Assembly: GCF_963921235.1 (NCBI RefSeq)
Contig: NC_086110.1
Span: 434,001 to 498,000 of the forward strand
Length of the DNA: 64,000 nt
Direction: 5' to 3'
Source: Mobula hypostoma
Taxonomy: Eukaryota
The notes under the pieces are model-generated. The model made no database searches. It was not told where the DNA came from and worked only from the letters and a program-made list of their open reading frames with translations. A program made the translations under genes and the position numbers. Below, in pieces: positions 1-14,700 of the stretch (its first letter is position 1; each line of letters starts with the position of its first letter).

Positions 1-2103
1 TAGGGAGTTATGAAGGAGGGTGAAGATCAGGACCTCCAAGGTGGTAATTTCCAGATTACTCCCAGTGCCACGAGCTAGAGTTAGGGTAGGTCAGAACAGG
101 AGGACAGCGCAGACAAATGAGTGGCTGAGGAGATGGTGCAGGGGGAAGGGTTTCGGGTTCTTGGATCATTGGAGGCTTTTCTGGGGAAGGGTGACCGGTA
201 CAAGTGAGATGGATTGCACCTGAACTGGAGGGGAAGCAATATTCCGGGGGTGGTGGGGGGTATTTGCTAATTCTATTCAGGAGCGTTTAAACAAGATTTT
301 GAACTAGAGTGGGAACAGAAGTGAAGAGGCAAAGGATGGGGCAGTTGGCGTACAAGTAGAGACGGGAGTTTGTGAGGAAGGATAGGCAGATGTTAGGGCA
401 CAGATGCATTCAGCCTGATGGCTTGAGATGTGTCTATTTAATGCGAGGAGTGTCATAAACAAGCCGGATGAACTTAGAGCATGGATCAATATGTGGAACT
501 ATAATATTGCAGCCATTATAGAGACGGATGTCTCAGGGACAGGAATGGCTGCTGAGAGTGCCAGACTTTAGATGTTTCAAAAAGGACAGGGAGGGAGGCA
601 AGAGAGGTGGGGGAGTGGCACTGCTAATCACTGATTGTATCACGGCTGCAGAAAAGGAGGAAGTTATGGAGAGATTGTGTACTGAGTCAGTGTGGGTGGA
701 AGTCAGAAACAGGAAAGGGGCAATAACTCTACTGGGTGTTGTTATAGAACTCCCCCCTAAATAGTGCAGAGACATCGAGGAGCAAACAGTGAGGCAGATT
801 CTGGAACGGTGCAATAATAATAGGGTTGTTGTGATGGGTGATTTTAACTTTCCTAATATTGACTGGCATCTCCTTAGAGCAAGGGGTTTGGATGGGGTGG
901 AGTTTGTTAGGTGTGTTCAGGAAGGTTTCCTGACATAATATATAGATAAGCCAACTAGAGGAGAGGCTGTACTTGATCTAATATTGGGAAATGAACCTGG
1001 TCAGGTGTCAGATCTCTCAGTGGGAGAGCATTTTGGAGGTAGTGATCACAACTCTATCTCCTTTACTGTTGAGCTGGAGAGGGATAGGAGCAGACAATTT
1101 GGGAAAACGTTTCATTGGGGTAGGGTGGAATATGATGCTATTCAGCAGAAACTTGGGAGCGGATGTTCTCAGGGAAATGCACAGCAGAAATGTGGCAAAT
1201 GTTCAGGGAACATTTGAATGACATTCTGTATAGGTATGTTTCATTAAGGTAGGGAAAGGATGGTGGGGTACAAGATCCATGGTGCACAAAAGATATAGAA
1301 AATCAAGTTAGGAAGAATAGAAAAGGTCATGAAAGGTTTAAGAAACAAGGTACTGTTAGAGTTCTAGAAAATTACAAGGTTGCCAGAAAAGAGCTCGAGA
1401 ATGAAATGAGGACAGCCAGAAGGGGCCAACAGAAAGTTCTGGTGAGCAGGATTAAGGAAAACCCCAAGGCATTCTAAAATATGTGAAGAGCAAGAGGATA
1501 AGATGTGACAGAATAAGACCAATCGTGCGAGAGTGGAAACGTTTGCATGGAGTCAGAAGAAGTAGCTGAGGGACTTAATTAATACTTTGCTTCAGTATTC
1601 ACCAAGAAAAAGGACCTTGGCAATTGCGGGGATGACTTACAGCGGACTGAAATGCTTGAGCAAATAGACATTAAGAAAGAGGATGCGCTGGAGCTTTTGA
1701 AAAGTATTAAGTGAGATAATTCGTGGATCTGGATGAGATGTACCCCAGGCTACTGCAGGAATTGAGGGAGGAGATTCCTGAGTCTCTGGCGATGGGCTTT
1801 GCATCATCAATAGGGATGGGAGAAATATCAGAGTATTAGAGGATTGCAAATGTTGTTCGCTTGTTCAAGAAAGGGGGTAGACATAACCCAGGAAATTATA
1901 GACCAGTGAGTCTTAATTGAGTGGTTGGCAAGTTCTTGGAGAAGGTCCCAAGAGGCAAGACTTATTAGCATTTGGAGAGATATGATCTGATTAGGGATAT
2001 TCAGCATGGCTTTGTCAAGGGCAGGTTGTGCTTTACGGACCTGATTGAATTCTTTAAGATTGATGAAGGCAGAGTAGTGGATGTGGATGTGGATGTAGTG
2101 AAT
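1..2103 (+). mobile_element. CR1 LINE copy A, 5' part (end of ORF1 esterase-like domain, APE endonuclease, start of RT), decayed
   Basis: ORF1-like VVISRLLPVPRA...WCRGKGFGFLDHW (20-223); endonuclease motifs from ~420 (YLNARS, GGGVALLI, GDFNFP, SDHN); RT start YRPVSL and QHGFVKGR near 1900-2030; many stops and frameshifts. Confidence 0.9.
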
Positions 2104-5100
2104 GTGCATTTCTGTGGCAACAGGCGAGATTTAAGGATGGTGTGTTGCCTCTCTGGTGCCGGGATCCAGGATGTCACGGACCGATTGCAGGGAATCGTCA
2201 AGAGTGAAGGTGAACATCCGGAAGTGGTGGTGCATGTCGGCACAAATGACGTGGGGAAGAAGGGGAACGACATTCTGCAGAGTGACTTCAGAGAACTCGG
2301 AAGAAGGCTGAAAAGCAGGACTTCCGGGGTGGTTATCTCCGGTTTGCTTCCAGTTCCTTGTGCTGGAGTGGTCATGAACAGGGAGATAATGGATCTGAAT
2401 GTGTGGCTGCAGAACTGGTGCAGGAAGCAAGGATTTACATTCTTGGACCATTGGGGTACGTTTCAGGGTAAGGATAAATTGTACAAAAGGGACGGGTTGC
2501 TCCTTAATAAGTGGGGCACCAGCTTTCTGGCAGGCAGGTTTGCCTCTGCAACACGGGTGTTTTTAAACTAAGCAGTGGGAGGGAGGGGACGATCTGGAAA
2601 CATAAGGATGGAGATAAAGGGAAAGTGAGAATAAGAAAAGTTAAGAATGACAGCAGAATCAACAGAGCAGAAAGCTCAAGTAGGGATTGTACAGTATGGC
2701 AAAGTGAAATAGGAATTGATATGGGAGGTGAGGGGAGTAATGAATTAAAAGTAGTGTACATGAATGCACGGAGTATAAGAAATAAAGTGGATGAGCTTGA
2801 AGCACAGTTGGTAAGTATGATGTGGGAATAACAGAGACATGGCTTCAAGTGGACAGGGCCTGGGAAATGAATATTCAAGGGTATACGTCCTATCAAAAAG
2901 ACAGATTGATGGGCAGAGGGGGTGGGGTGGCTCTGTTGGTGAGGAATGATATTCAGTCCCTTGTGAGGGGGGACTTGGAATCAGGAAACATAGAGTCAGT
3001 ATGGAAGAAATGAGAAATTCTAAGGGTAGTAAGACCCTAATGGGAGTTAACTACAGACCTCAAACAGTAGTCTGGATGTAGGGTGTAAGTTGAATCAAGA
3101 GTTAAAATTGGCATGTCGCAAAGGTAATGTTGCAGTTGTTATGGGGGATTTCACCATGCAGGTAGACTGGAGGAATCAGGTTGGTACTGGACCCCAAGAA
3201 AGGGAGTTTGTGGAGTCCCTCCGAGATGGATTCTTAGAACAGCTTGTACTGGTGCCTACCAGAGAGAACGCAATTCTAGATTTAGTGTTGTGCAATGAAC
3301 CGGATTTGATCAGGGACCTCGAGGTAAAGGAGACATTAGGAGATAGTGACCATAATATGATAAGTTTTAATCTGCAATTTGAGATGGAGAAGGGAAACTC
3401 AGAAGTGTCAGTATTACAGTTGAACAAAGGGAACTATGTTGCTATGAGGGAGGAGCTGGCCAAAGTTCAATGGAACAATACCCTAGCAGGGATGACGGTG
3501 GAACAGCAATGGCAAGTGTTTCTGGGAATAATGCGGAAGGTGCAGGATCAGTTCATTCCAAAGAGGAAGAAAGATCCTAAGGGGAGTAAGGGGAAGCCGT
3601 GGCTGGCAAGGTAAGTAACGGACAGTATAACAATAAAAGAGAAGAAGTATAACATAGCAACGACGATTGGGAAGCAGGAGTATTGGGAAACTTTTAAAGA
3701 GCAACAGAAGTTAACTAAAAAGGCAATACGTGGAGAAAAAAAATGAGGTACAAAGGTAAACTAGTCAAGAATATAAAGGAGGATAGTAAAAGCCTCTTTA
3801 GGCATGTGAAAAGGGAAAAAATAGTTAAGACCAAAATTGGGCACTTGAAGACAGAAGCAGGTGAATTTATTATGGGGAATAAGGAAATAGCAGACGAGTT
3901 GAACAGGTACTTTGGATCTGTCTTCACTAGGGAAGACACTAACAATCTCCCAGATGTAATAGTGGCCAAAGGACCTAAGGTAATGGATGAACTGAAGGAA
4001 ATTTATATTAGGCAGGAAATGGTGTTGGATAGGCTGTTGGTTCTGAAGGCTGTTAAGTCCCTGGGACCTGATGGTCTGCATACCAGGGTACTTAAGGAGG
4101 TGGCATTAGAAATCATGGACGCATTGGTAATCATTTTCCAATGTTCTATAGATTCAGGATCAGCTCCTGTGGATTGGAGGATGGCTAATGTTGTCCTTCT
4201 CTTCAAAAAGAGAGGAAGAGAGAAAACAGGGAATTATAGACCGGTTAGCCTAACGTCAGTGGTGGGAAAGATGCTGGAGTCAACTACAAAAGATGAAATT
4301 ACGACACATCTGGATAGCAGTAACAGGATTGGTCCGAGTCAGATGGATTTACGAAGGGGAAATCGTGCTTGACTAATCTTCTGGAATTTTTTGAGGATGT
4401 AACTATGAAAATGGACAAGGGAGAGCCAGTGGATGTAATGTACCTGGACTTTCAGAAAGCCTTTGATAAAGTCCCACATAGGAGATTAGTGGGCAAAATT
4501 AGGGCACATGGTATTGGGGGCAGAGTACTGACATAGATTGAAAATTGGCTGGCTGACAGAAAACAAAGAGTAGCGATTAACGGGTCCCTTTTGGAATGGC
4601 AGGCGATGACCAGTTGGGTAACGCAGGGTTCAGTGTTGGGACCGCAGCTGTTTACAATGTATATTAATGATTTAGATGAGGGAATTAAAAGTAACATTAG
4701 CAAATTTGCCGATGACACAAAGCTGGGTGGCAGTGTGAAATGTGAGGAGGATATTATGAGAATGCAGGGTGGCTTGGGACAGGCTGGGTGAGTGGGCAGA
4801 TGCATGGCAGATGCAGTTTAATGTGGATAAGTGTGAGGTTATCCACTTTGGTGGTAAGAACGGGAAAGCAGATTATTACCTAAATGGAGTCAAGTTAGGA
4901 AAAGGGGAAGCACAACTAGATCTAGGTGTTCTTGTACATCAGTCACTGAAAGCAAGCATGCAAGTACAGCAAGCAGTGAAGAAAGCTAATGGCATGCTGG
5001 CCTTCATAACAAGGGGAATTGAGTATAAGAGCAAAGAGGTCCTTCTGCAGCTGTACAATGCCCTGGGGAGACCACACCTGGAGTACTGTGTGCAGTTTTG

Positions 5101-5633
5101 GTCTCCAAATTTGAGGAAGGACATTCTTGCTATTGAGGGAGTGCAGAGTAGGTTCACAAGGTCAATTCCTGGGATGGCGGGACTGTCATATGTCGAAAGA
5201 TTGGAGTGACTGGGCTTGTATACTCTGGAATTTAGAAGGCTGAGAGGGGATCTTATTGAAACATATAAGTTTATTAAGGGATTGGACACGCTGGAGGCAG
5301 GAAGCATGTTCCCGCTGATGGGTGAGTCCAGAACCAGAGGCCACAGTTTAAGAATAAGGGGTAGGCCATTTAGAATGGAGTTGAGGAAAAACTTTTTCAC
5401 CCAGAGAGTGTGGATATATGGAATGCTCTGCCCCAGAAGGCTGTGGAGGCCAAGTCTCTGGATGCTTTCAAGAAAGAGACGGATAGAGTCTTAAAGCTTG
5501 CGGAATCAAAGGTTATGGGGTTAAGGCAGGAACTGGATACTGATTGTGGATGATCAGCCATGATCACAGTGAATGGTGTGCTGGCTCGAAGGGCCGAATA
5601 GCCTACTCCTGCACCTATTGTCTATTGTCTATT
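2104..5633 (+). mobile_element. CR1 LINE copy B (5'-truncated), inserted into the RT region of copy A
   Basis: ORF1 esterase fragment PEVVVHVGTNDVGKK (to 2571); ORF2 endonuclease and RT pieces (YRPVSLTSVVGK, QGSVLGP, KFADDTK, RPHLEYCVQFWSP); 3' end with a (CTATTGT)n tail at ~5615-5633. Copy A stops at VDVV- (~2100) and resumes at -FSKAFD (5634). Confidence 0.9.
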
Positions 5634-6783
5634 GAATTTTAGTAAGGCATTTGATAACATTCCACATGCAAGGCTCATTCAGAAAGTAAGGAGTCATGGG
5701 ATCGAAGGAGACCTTGTTTTGTCAATCCAGAATTGGCTTGCCCACAGAAGGCAAAGGGAGGTTGTAGATGGGTCATATTCTACATGGAGGTTGGTGGCCA
5801 GTGGTGTTCCACAAGGATCTGTTCTGGGACCCCTCCTCTTTGTGATTGTTATAAATGACCTGGACGAGGAAGTAGAAGAGTAGGTTAGGAAGTTTGCAGA
5901 TGACACACAATTTGGGGGTGTTGTGGATAGTTAGGAGGGTTGTCAGAGGTTACAGCAGGACATTGATAGGATGCAGAAATGGGCTAAGAAGTGGCAGATC
6001 GAGTTCAGCCCAGGTAAGTGTGAAGTGGTTCATTTTGGTAGGTCAAATTTGAAGACAGAATATAATACTAATGGTAAGATTCTTGGTAGTGTGGAGGATC
6101 AGAGAGATCTTGGGGTCCACGTCCATAGGACACTCAAAACTGCTATGCAGGTTGATTGTGTGGTTAAAAAGGCATGCGGTGCATTGGCCTTCATCAATCG
6201 TGGGATTAAGTTTAAGAGCCGAGAGGGAAAGTTGCAGCTGTATGGGACCTTGGTCAGACCCCGCTTGGAGTACTATGCTCAATTCAGGTCGCCTCACTAC
6301 AGGAATGATGTGGAAACCATAGAAAGAGTGCAGATGAGATTTTCAAGGATGTTGCCTGGATTCGGGAGCATTCTTTTCGAAAATAGGTTGAGTGAACTCT
6401 ATCTTTTCTCCTTGGAGCTCAGGATGAGAGGTGACTTGATAGAGATGCACAAGACAATGAGAGTCATTGATCGTGTGGATAGTCAGAGGCTTTTTCGCAT
6501 GGCTAGCACTAGAGGGCATAGTTTTAACGTGCTTTAAATTAGAGAAGTTGTCAGGGGTAAGTTGTTTATGCAGAGAGTGGTGAGTGCGTGGAATGGGCTG
6601 CTGGTGACAGTGGTGGAGACGGAAACGATAGGGTCTTTTAAGAGACTCCTGGATGGCTACATGGAGCTTAAAAAATAAAGGGCTTTGGGTAAAGCCTAGG
6701 TTGTTCTAATGTAGGGACGTGTTCGGCACAGCTTTGTGGGCCGAAGGTCCTGTATTGTGCTGTATGTTTTCTATGCTTCTATG
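5634..6783 (+). mobile_element. CR1 LINE copy A, 3' part (RT C-terminus and tail)
   Basis: [38 protein letters not shown]; ends in a TTCTATG-type tail at ~6765-6783. Confidence 0.9.
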
Positions 6784-6789
6784 TAGATT

Positions 6790-9700
6790 TACAGAGCGGC
6801 CGTTGGAGGAGCGGGCGACGGAGCAGTAGGAGACAGAGTAGGAAGGCTTTGGCTCAACGAGGCTGAGGCGATAAGGGGTCCAGGCCTTTTAGGTTATCTG
6901 TTTAAAATAAAGTCAGAAAGTATGTGTGTTAGGCCGGTTTTCTGTACTCGGTGTCAGGTGACGGAGGTCCTGGAGGTTCCCGGCTTCCCGGACGACCACA
7001 TCTGCACCAGGTGCGTCGAGCTGCAGCTCCATAGAGACTGAGTTAGGGAACTGGAGATGCAACTCGATGACCTTCGCCTGGTCAGGGAGAGTCAGGAGGT
7101 GATAGAGAGGCGCCATAGGCAGGTGGTCACCCCGGGGCCACAGGAGACAGAGAAGTGGGTAACAGTCAGGAGAGGGAAGGGCAAGAAGCAGAGAGTACCC
7201 CAGTGGCTGTCCCCCTTAATAATAAGTATTTATATTTGAGTACTCTTGCGGGGGGGGGGGGCGGGGAACGGCCTACCTGGGGAAGCAACAGTGGTCGCGC
7301 CTCTGGCACAGAGTCTGGCTCTATGGCTCAGAACAGTAAGGAAAGGAAGAGGATGGCAGCAGTAATAGTTGACTCTCTACTTAGGGGGTCCGATTGGCAT
7401 TTCTCTGGTCGCAGAAAAGAAACGTGGCTGGTAGATTGCCTCCCAGGTGCCAGGGTCCGGGATGTTTCTGATTGCGTCCACGATATCTTGAAGTGGGAAG
7501 GAGAACAGCCAGAGTTCCGTGGTACATATTAGTACCAACGACATAGGTAGCAAAAGGGATGAGGTCCTGAAAACAGTCCACAGGGAGTTAGGAAGGAAGT
7601 TGAGAAGGAGGACCTCGAAGGTAGTAATCTCTGGATGACTGCCGGTGTCACGTGACAGTGAGTATAGGAATAGAATGAGATGGAGGATAAATGCGTGGCT
7701 GAGGGTTTGGAGCAGGGAGCAGTGATTCAGATTACTGGATTATTGGGACATCTTCCGGGGCAGGTGTGACCTGTGCAAAAAGGACAGTTCGCACTTGAAT
7801 CCAAGGTGAAACAATACCCTGGCAGCAAGATTTGTTAAGGCTATTGGGGAGAGTTTAAAATAGAATGGCTGGGGGGTGGGAACCGAACTGAAAAAAAGGA
7901 GGAAAGGCAGGTTGGTTCACAAATAGATAAAGCTTGGAGGCAATGCGAAAGGGAGGATAGGCAGGTAATAGAGAAGGGACGCACTCAGACCGATGGTTTG
8001 AGATGCGTCTATTTTAATGCGAAGATTATCGTGAATAAAGTGAATAAGCTTAGAGCGTAGATCAGCACTTGGAGCTATGATATTGTGGCCATAACAGAGA
8101 CTTGAATGGTGCAGGGGCAGGAATGGCTACTTCAAGTGCCAGGCTTTCGATATTTCAGAAAGGATTAGCAGGGGGGCAAAAGAGTTGGGGGGGCGTGGCA
8201 CTGTTGATCAGAGATAGTGTCACTGCTACAGAAAAGGAGGAAGTCATGGTGGGGCTGGCTACGGAGTCTCTGTAGGTGGAAGTTAGGAAAAGAAAGGGGT
8301 CAAGAATTCTACTGGGTGTTTTTTATAGACCGTCCAATAGTAATAGGGACATCGAGGAGCAGATAGAGAGACAGATTCTGGAAAGCAGTAATAATAACAT
8401 GTTCGTTGTGTTGGGAGATTTCAATTTTCGAAATATTGATTAACATCTCCCTAGAATGAGGGTTTTATCTGGAGTGGAGTTTGTTATGTGTGTTTAGGAA
8501 GGTTTCTTGACGCAATATGTAGATAAGCCTACAAGGGGAGATGCTGTACTTGATTTAGTATTGGGAAATGAACCTGGTCAGGTGCCAGATCTCCCAGTGG
8601 GAGGGCATTTTGGAGATAGTGATCAAAATTCTATCTCCTTTACCATAGCATTACAGAGAGAGAAGTTAGGGAAACGTTTAATACGAGTAAGGTGAAATAT
8701 GAAGCTATCAGTAAGGAACTTGGAAGCATAAACTGGAAAAAGATGTTCTAAGGGAAACGTACGGAAGAAATGTGGCAAATGTTCAGGAGATATCTGCGTT
8801 GGGTTCTGAGCAGGTACGTTCCAATGAGATATGGAAAGGATGGTAGGATACAAGATCCGTGGTGTACAAAGGCTGTTGTATATCTAGTCAAAAAGAAAAG
8901 ATGAGGTTACGAAAGGTACAAAAAGATAGGTAATGATATGAATCTTGAAGATTATAAGGCTAGCAGGAAGGATCTTAAGAATAAAATTAGGAGAGCCAGA
9001 AGGGGCCATGAGAAAGCCGTGGTGGACAGGATTAAGGAAACCCCCAAGGCATTCTACAAGTATATGAAGAGCAAGAGGATAAGACGTGGGAGAATAGGAC
9101 CAATAAAATGTGACAGTGGGAAAGTCTGTATGGAGCTGGAGGAGTTAGCGTATATACTAAGTGAATACTTTGCTTCAGTATCCACAACAGAAAAGGTTGT
9201 TAGCGATTGTAGGGATGACTTGCGTTGGACTGGAAAGCTTGAGAATGTAGATATTAAGAAAGAGGACGTGCTGGAGATTTTGGAAAGCATCAAGTTGCAT
9301 TAGTCACCGGGACTAGAAGGGATGTACCCCAGGCTACTGTGATAAGCAAGGGAGGAGATTGCTGAGCATCTGGCAATGATCTTTGCTTCAACAATGAGGA
9401 CGTGAGAGGTTCCGGTGGATTGTAGTATTGCGGAGGCTGTTCCCTTATGCATGAACGGCAGTAGGTATAGCCCAGGGAATTATAGGCCAGTGAGTCTTAT
9501 TTCAGTGGTTCTTAAGTTGATGGAGAAGTTCCTGAGAGGCCAGATTTATGAAGATTTGGAGAGGCATACTATGATTCGGAATAGTCAACATGGCTTTGTC
9601 AAAGGCAGGTTGTGCCTTACGAGCCTGATTGAATTTTTTGAGGATGTGACTGTGCACATTAATGAAAATTGAGCCGTAGATGTAGTATATATGGATTTCA

Positions 9701-10840
9701 GCAAGGCATTTGATAAGCTAACCCGTGCAAGGCTTATTGAGAAAGTAAGGAGGCATAGGATCCAAGGGGACATTGCTTTGTGGACCCAGAACCGGCTTAT
9801 CCACAGAAGGTAAAGAGTGGTTGTAGACGAATCATATTCTGCATGGAGGTCAGTCACCAGTGGAGTGCCTGAGGGATCTATCTGGGAACCCTACTCTTCG
9901 TAATTTTTATAGATGACCTGGATGAGGAATTGGAGGGATGTGTTAGTAAGTTTGCTGATGACACAAAGGTTGGGGCTGTTGTGGATAGTGTGGAGGGCTG
10001 TCAGAGGTTACAGCGGGACATTGATAGGATGCAAAACTGGGCTGAGAAGTGGCAGATGGAGTTCAACCCAGATGAACCCAGTGGTTCATTTTAGTAGGTC
10101 AAATACGATGGCAGAATACAGCATTAATGTAAAGACTCTTGGCAGTGTGCAGGATCAGAGGGATCTTGGGGTCCGAGACCATAGGACACTCAAAACCGCT
10201 GCGCAGGTTGACTCTGTGGTTAAGAAGGCATACGGTGCATTGGCCTCCATCAATCTTGTGATTGAGTTTAAGAGCCGAGAAGTAATTTTGCAGCTATATA
10301 GGACCCAAGTCAGAGACCACTTGGAGTACTGTGCTCAATTCTGGTCGCCTCACTACAGGAAAGACGTGGAAGCCATAGAAAGGGTGAAAAGGAGCATTAG
10401 GTGGATGTTGCCTGCATTGGGCAGCATGTCTTATGAGAATAGGTTGAGTGAACTCAGCCTTTTCTCCTTGGAGCGACGGAGGATGAGAGGTGACATGATC
10501 GAAGTGTATAAGATGATGAGAGGCATTGAGCGTGTGGATAGTCAGAGGCTTTTCCCCAGGGCTGAAATGGCTAGCACGAGAGGGTATAGTGTTAAGGTAG
10601 GAAGTAGGTACAGAGGAGCCGTCAGGGGTAAGTTTTTCTCGCAGAGAATGGTGATTGCGTGGAATGTGCTGCCGGCAGCCGAAACGATAGGATCTTTTAG
10701 GAGACTCCTGGATGGCTACATGGAGCTTAGGAAAATAAAGGACTCTGGGTAAAGCCTAATTAAGGGGATGTCCGCCAGAGTATTTTGGGCCGAAGGGCCT
10801 GTATTGTGCTGTATGTTTTCTATGGTTCTATGTTTCTGTG
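6790..10840 (+). mobile_element. CR1 LINE copy C, near full length but decayed
   Basis: ORF1 from ATG 6921 with zinc-finger-like C-x2-C...H-x-C-x2-C (FCTRCQV...HICTRC) and an esterase-like part (7360-7860); ORF2 endonuclease and RT pieces 7990-10752; TTCTATG-type tail at ~10815-10840. Confidence 0.9.
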
Positions 10841-11789
10841 CTATCCTCTTTCCCACCCTTATGAATTCCAGCGTGTAGAGCCACAGAGCCATCAAGCACT
10901 TGTACGTTAACCCATTCGTTCCCGGAATCATTGTTGTAAACTTCCTCTGGTCATTCTCCAAGAGCAACACATCCTTCCTTTGGTATCAAGTCGAAAATTG
11001 CTCAGAAAGTTCCAAATATGATCTTACTAACGCGTCATGAAGCCTTTGCATTACATCCTTGCTTGTGAAATCTAATCGTCTCGAAATAAACCCCAACATT
11101 GTATTCGCCTTCTTGGATATCGACTCAACCTGCAAAATATCATGTCGGGATTATTTCATTAGGACGCCGAAGTCTCTTTACACCTCTAATTTCTGAATTA
11201 TTTTTGCACTAGTAAAGAGCATACACCGTTATTTCTTCCACCATGACCACACACGTTCCTATCACCTGTTCCGTTTGGCATTTCTTTCCCCATTCCTCCA
11301 AACTATCCAGGCACTCTGCAGATACAATCTTCCTTTAAAATGACTGGACCCTCTACATATCTTTGTACCGTCCGCAAATATGGACAGACTGTATTCAGCT
11401 TCGCCATGTAGACCATTACATAACATGCGAAAATATCAGAACGAACGTCAACTACTGCAGAACACCGCCAGTCACTGGCAGCCAACCAGAAAATGGCCTC
11501 TTTATTTTAGCTCATCACCTTCCGCCAGCCAGCCAATTGTCTGTGCATGTTAGCGCTTTTGTTGGAATGCAATGTGCTCCAGGTTTGTCCAGACATTCTA
11601 AACGCAATGGACACGTGCAGCACAATATGGAGTTAAATGAGTTTACCCACCTCAGTGATACATATCAGATTGGTGTTTAAATAGCACAATACTGCTATTT
11701 AAAATCGTGAAACAAACGCATTTACAATGGGAATGCAGGAGAACGTTGGCCCTTAATGCGAAAATAACGGAGTATAATAATAAGAAATG

Positions 11790-14700
11790 CACATTGGGAG
11801 CTTCCCGCAAGACCACATCTGGTACAGCTCTGTGGGCCACACTCTCCGCTATGAGGAGGTACCTGGCGTCACTATCCCAGTCAGTTCCACATGTCCAGGA
11901 CTCCCTCTTCGCCGTTTGTAATGGACCTGTCTGTTATTTTATCCTCCGTCGGATGCCTGCATGTAATCGCCATTTCTTCGACTTTGTCACGTCCTGCAAG
12001 GCTCGTAAGATAGTCCGTCTGCAGAGCACAGAGCTTGCCGTCTCCAACGCTAGCAGGCGTGAACTGCGGACCGCGGTCCCCGACGACGATCTCTGCTGTT
12101 CTACCGACTCAGAGCATATTCAGGACCCGCACTCCAACACCATCCATGCGGGTTCCAGCGACTATGGACACCTTCAAAGCGAATGCGCAGCCTCCAACTA
12201 CGACACCAGCCTTGAACACCAGGCCGGGTCGTCATGTGCTGCTATTGCAACTCCCGTGTCCCCTCCTCCCACCACGGCTCTTCAATCCCATCTCGCTCAG
12301 ATCCCATCGTCAGCTCCTGGGCCCTCCGAGGCTTCACTTTCCTCTCACCGCAACCCTCCCCTCTCCACTGACACTACCAACCTCCCTCCCCACTCTGATC
12401 CCAGCTCTCATCCGTGCCAGGTCTTCACCATCCCCTCCGACCACCCAGCCTCTGAGTCAGAACGCTCCGTCCTCAGTAAGAGCCTCAGTTTTGTCCCCCG
12501 GCGCCCACACCTCAGCGAGTACGGAGTGAGCCATGACGCTAAACTCTTCTTCTGCCGGCTCCGTCTCCGAGCTTACTTCTTCGGCAAGGATGACCTCTTC
12601 TCCCTTCCTCAACCCTCCTCTGTAGCCTGCTCTGGAGCTTTTTATTGCTAACTGCCGACGGGACATCGACGGTCTCGACATCATCACACCTTGTTCCAAT
12701 TCCAACCTTACTCCTTCCGAACTCTCTGCTCTCCACTCCCTCCGGACCGATCCTAATCTTACTATAAAACACGCTGATAAGGGGTGTGCTGTTATAGTCT
12801 GGCGTACCGACTTCTACCTTGCCGAGGCACAGCGACAACTCAGTGATGCCTCCTCTTATTTACCCCTCGAACCCGACCCCACTAAGAAGCAACAGGGCAT
12901 TGTCTCCCACAGCATCACCAACCTTATCAGCTCTGTGGATCTCCCATCCACTGCCACCAACCTCATAATTCCCACATCCCGCACTTTCCATTTCTACTTC
13001 CTACGCAAGGTCCACAAACCTGTCTGTCCAGGTAGACCCATTGTCTCAGCTTGCTCCTGCCCCACCGAACTCATTTCTGCATACCTCGACACTGCTTTAC
13101 CCCCCCCCCCCCCCTTTTTCAATCCATCCCCACCTATGTTCGTGACACTTCTCATGCTCTGGAAATTTTCAATGATTTCATGTTCCCTGGCCAGCATCGT
13201 CTTATATTCACCACGGATGTCCAGTCCCTATATACCTCCATCCCCCACTAGGAAGGTCTCAAAACTCTCCGTTTCTTTTTGGATTCCAGACGCAACCAGT
13301 TCCCCTGTACCACCACTCTCCTCCGTCTAGCGGAATTGGTCCTTCCCCTTAATATTTTCTCCTTTGGCTCCTCCCACTTCCTCCAAAGTAAAGGTGTAGC
13401 CATGGACACCCGTATGCCTGCCTTTTTGTTGGCTTTGTGGAACAATCGATGTTTCAAGCCTATATTGGGATCTGTCCCCCACATTTCCTTCGCTACATTG
13501 ACGACTGCAATGACGCTGCTTCCTGTACGCATGCTGAGCTCGTTGACTTCATTAACTTTGCCTCCAAATTCCACCCTACCCTCAAATTTATCAGGTCCAT
13601 TTCCGACACCTCCCTCCCCTTCCTTGATATCTCTGCCTCTGTCTCTGGAGACAACTTGCCTGCTGATGTCTACTAAAATCCCACGGACTTTCACAGCTAC
13701 GTGGACTATTCCTCTTCCCACCGTGTTACCCGTAGAAACGCCATTTCCTTCTCTCAATTTCTCCGTCTCCACCTCATCTGCTCTCAGGATGAGGCTTTTC
13801 ATTCCAGGTCGAAGGAGATGTCTTTCTTTTATAAAGAAAGGGGCTTCCCTTCCTCCACCATCAACTCTGTCCTCAAACGCATTTCTCCCATTTCACGCAC
13901 ATCTTCTCTCACCCCATCCTCCAGCCACCCCACTAGGGATAGCGTTCCTTTTGTCCTCTCCTACCACCCGATCAGCCTCCGTGTCCAACAATAATTCTCC
14001 GTAACTTCCGCCACCTCCAACGCGATCCCACCACCAAGAACATCTTTCCCTCCCCCTCTCTCTGCTTTCCGCAGGGATCGCTCCCTAATGACTCCCTTCT
14101 CCATTTGTCCCCCCCTCCATACTTTCCCACCGAACTCTCTCCTGGCACTTATCCTTGTAAGCGGAACAAGTGCTACACCTGCCCTTACACTTCCTCCCTT
14201 ACCACCATTCAGGGCCCCAAACAGTCCTTCCAGGTGAGGCGACACTTCACCTGTGAGTCGGCTGGTGTGATATATTTTGTCCGGTGCTCCCGGTGTGGCC
14301 TTCTGTATATTGGTGAGACCCGATGCAGACTGGGAGACCGTTCCGCTGAATACCTACGCTGTGTTCGCCGGAGAAAGCAGGATCTATCAGTGCCCACTCA
14401 TTTCAATTCCACGTCCCATTCCCATTCCGATATGTCAATCCATGTCCTCCTCTACTGTCGACATGAAGCCATACTCAGGTTGAAGGAACAGCACCTTATA
14501 TTCCGTCTGGGTAGCCTCCAACCTGATGGCATGAACATTAATTTCTCTAACTTCCGTTAATGCCCCTCCTCCCCGTCTTATCCCAGACCTTCTTTTTATT
14601 TATTTATTTATTTATTTATTTATTCATTCATTCATTCATTCATTCATTCATTCATTCATTCATTCGTTCTTCTCTCTTTCCTTCTCACAATAACTCCTTG

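Noticed and set aside
1972-2571. 199-aa ORF as a novel RT/esterase fusion
   Set aside because: It is an accidental in-frame junction between CR1 copy A RT and the inserted copy B ORF1.
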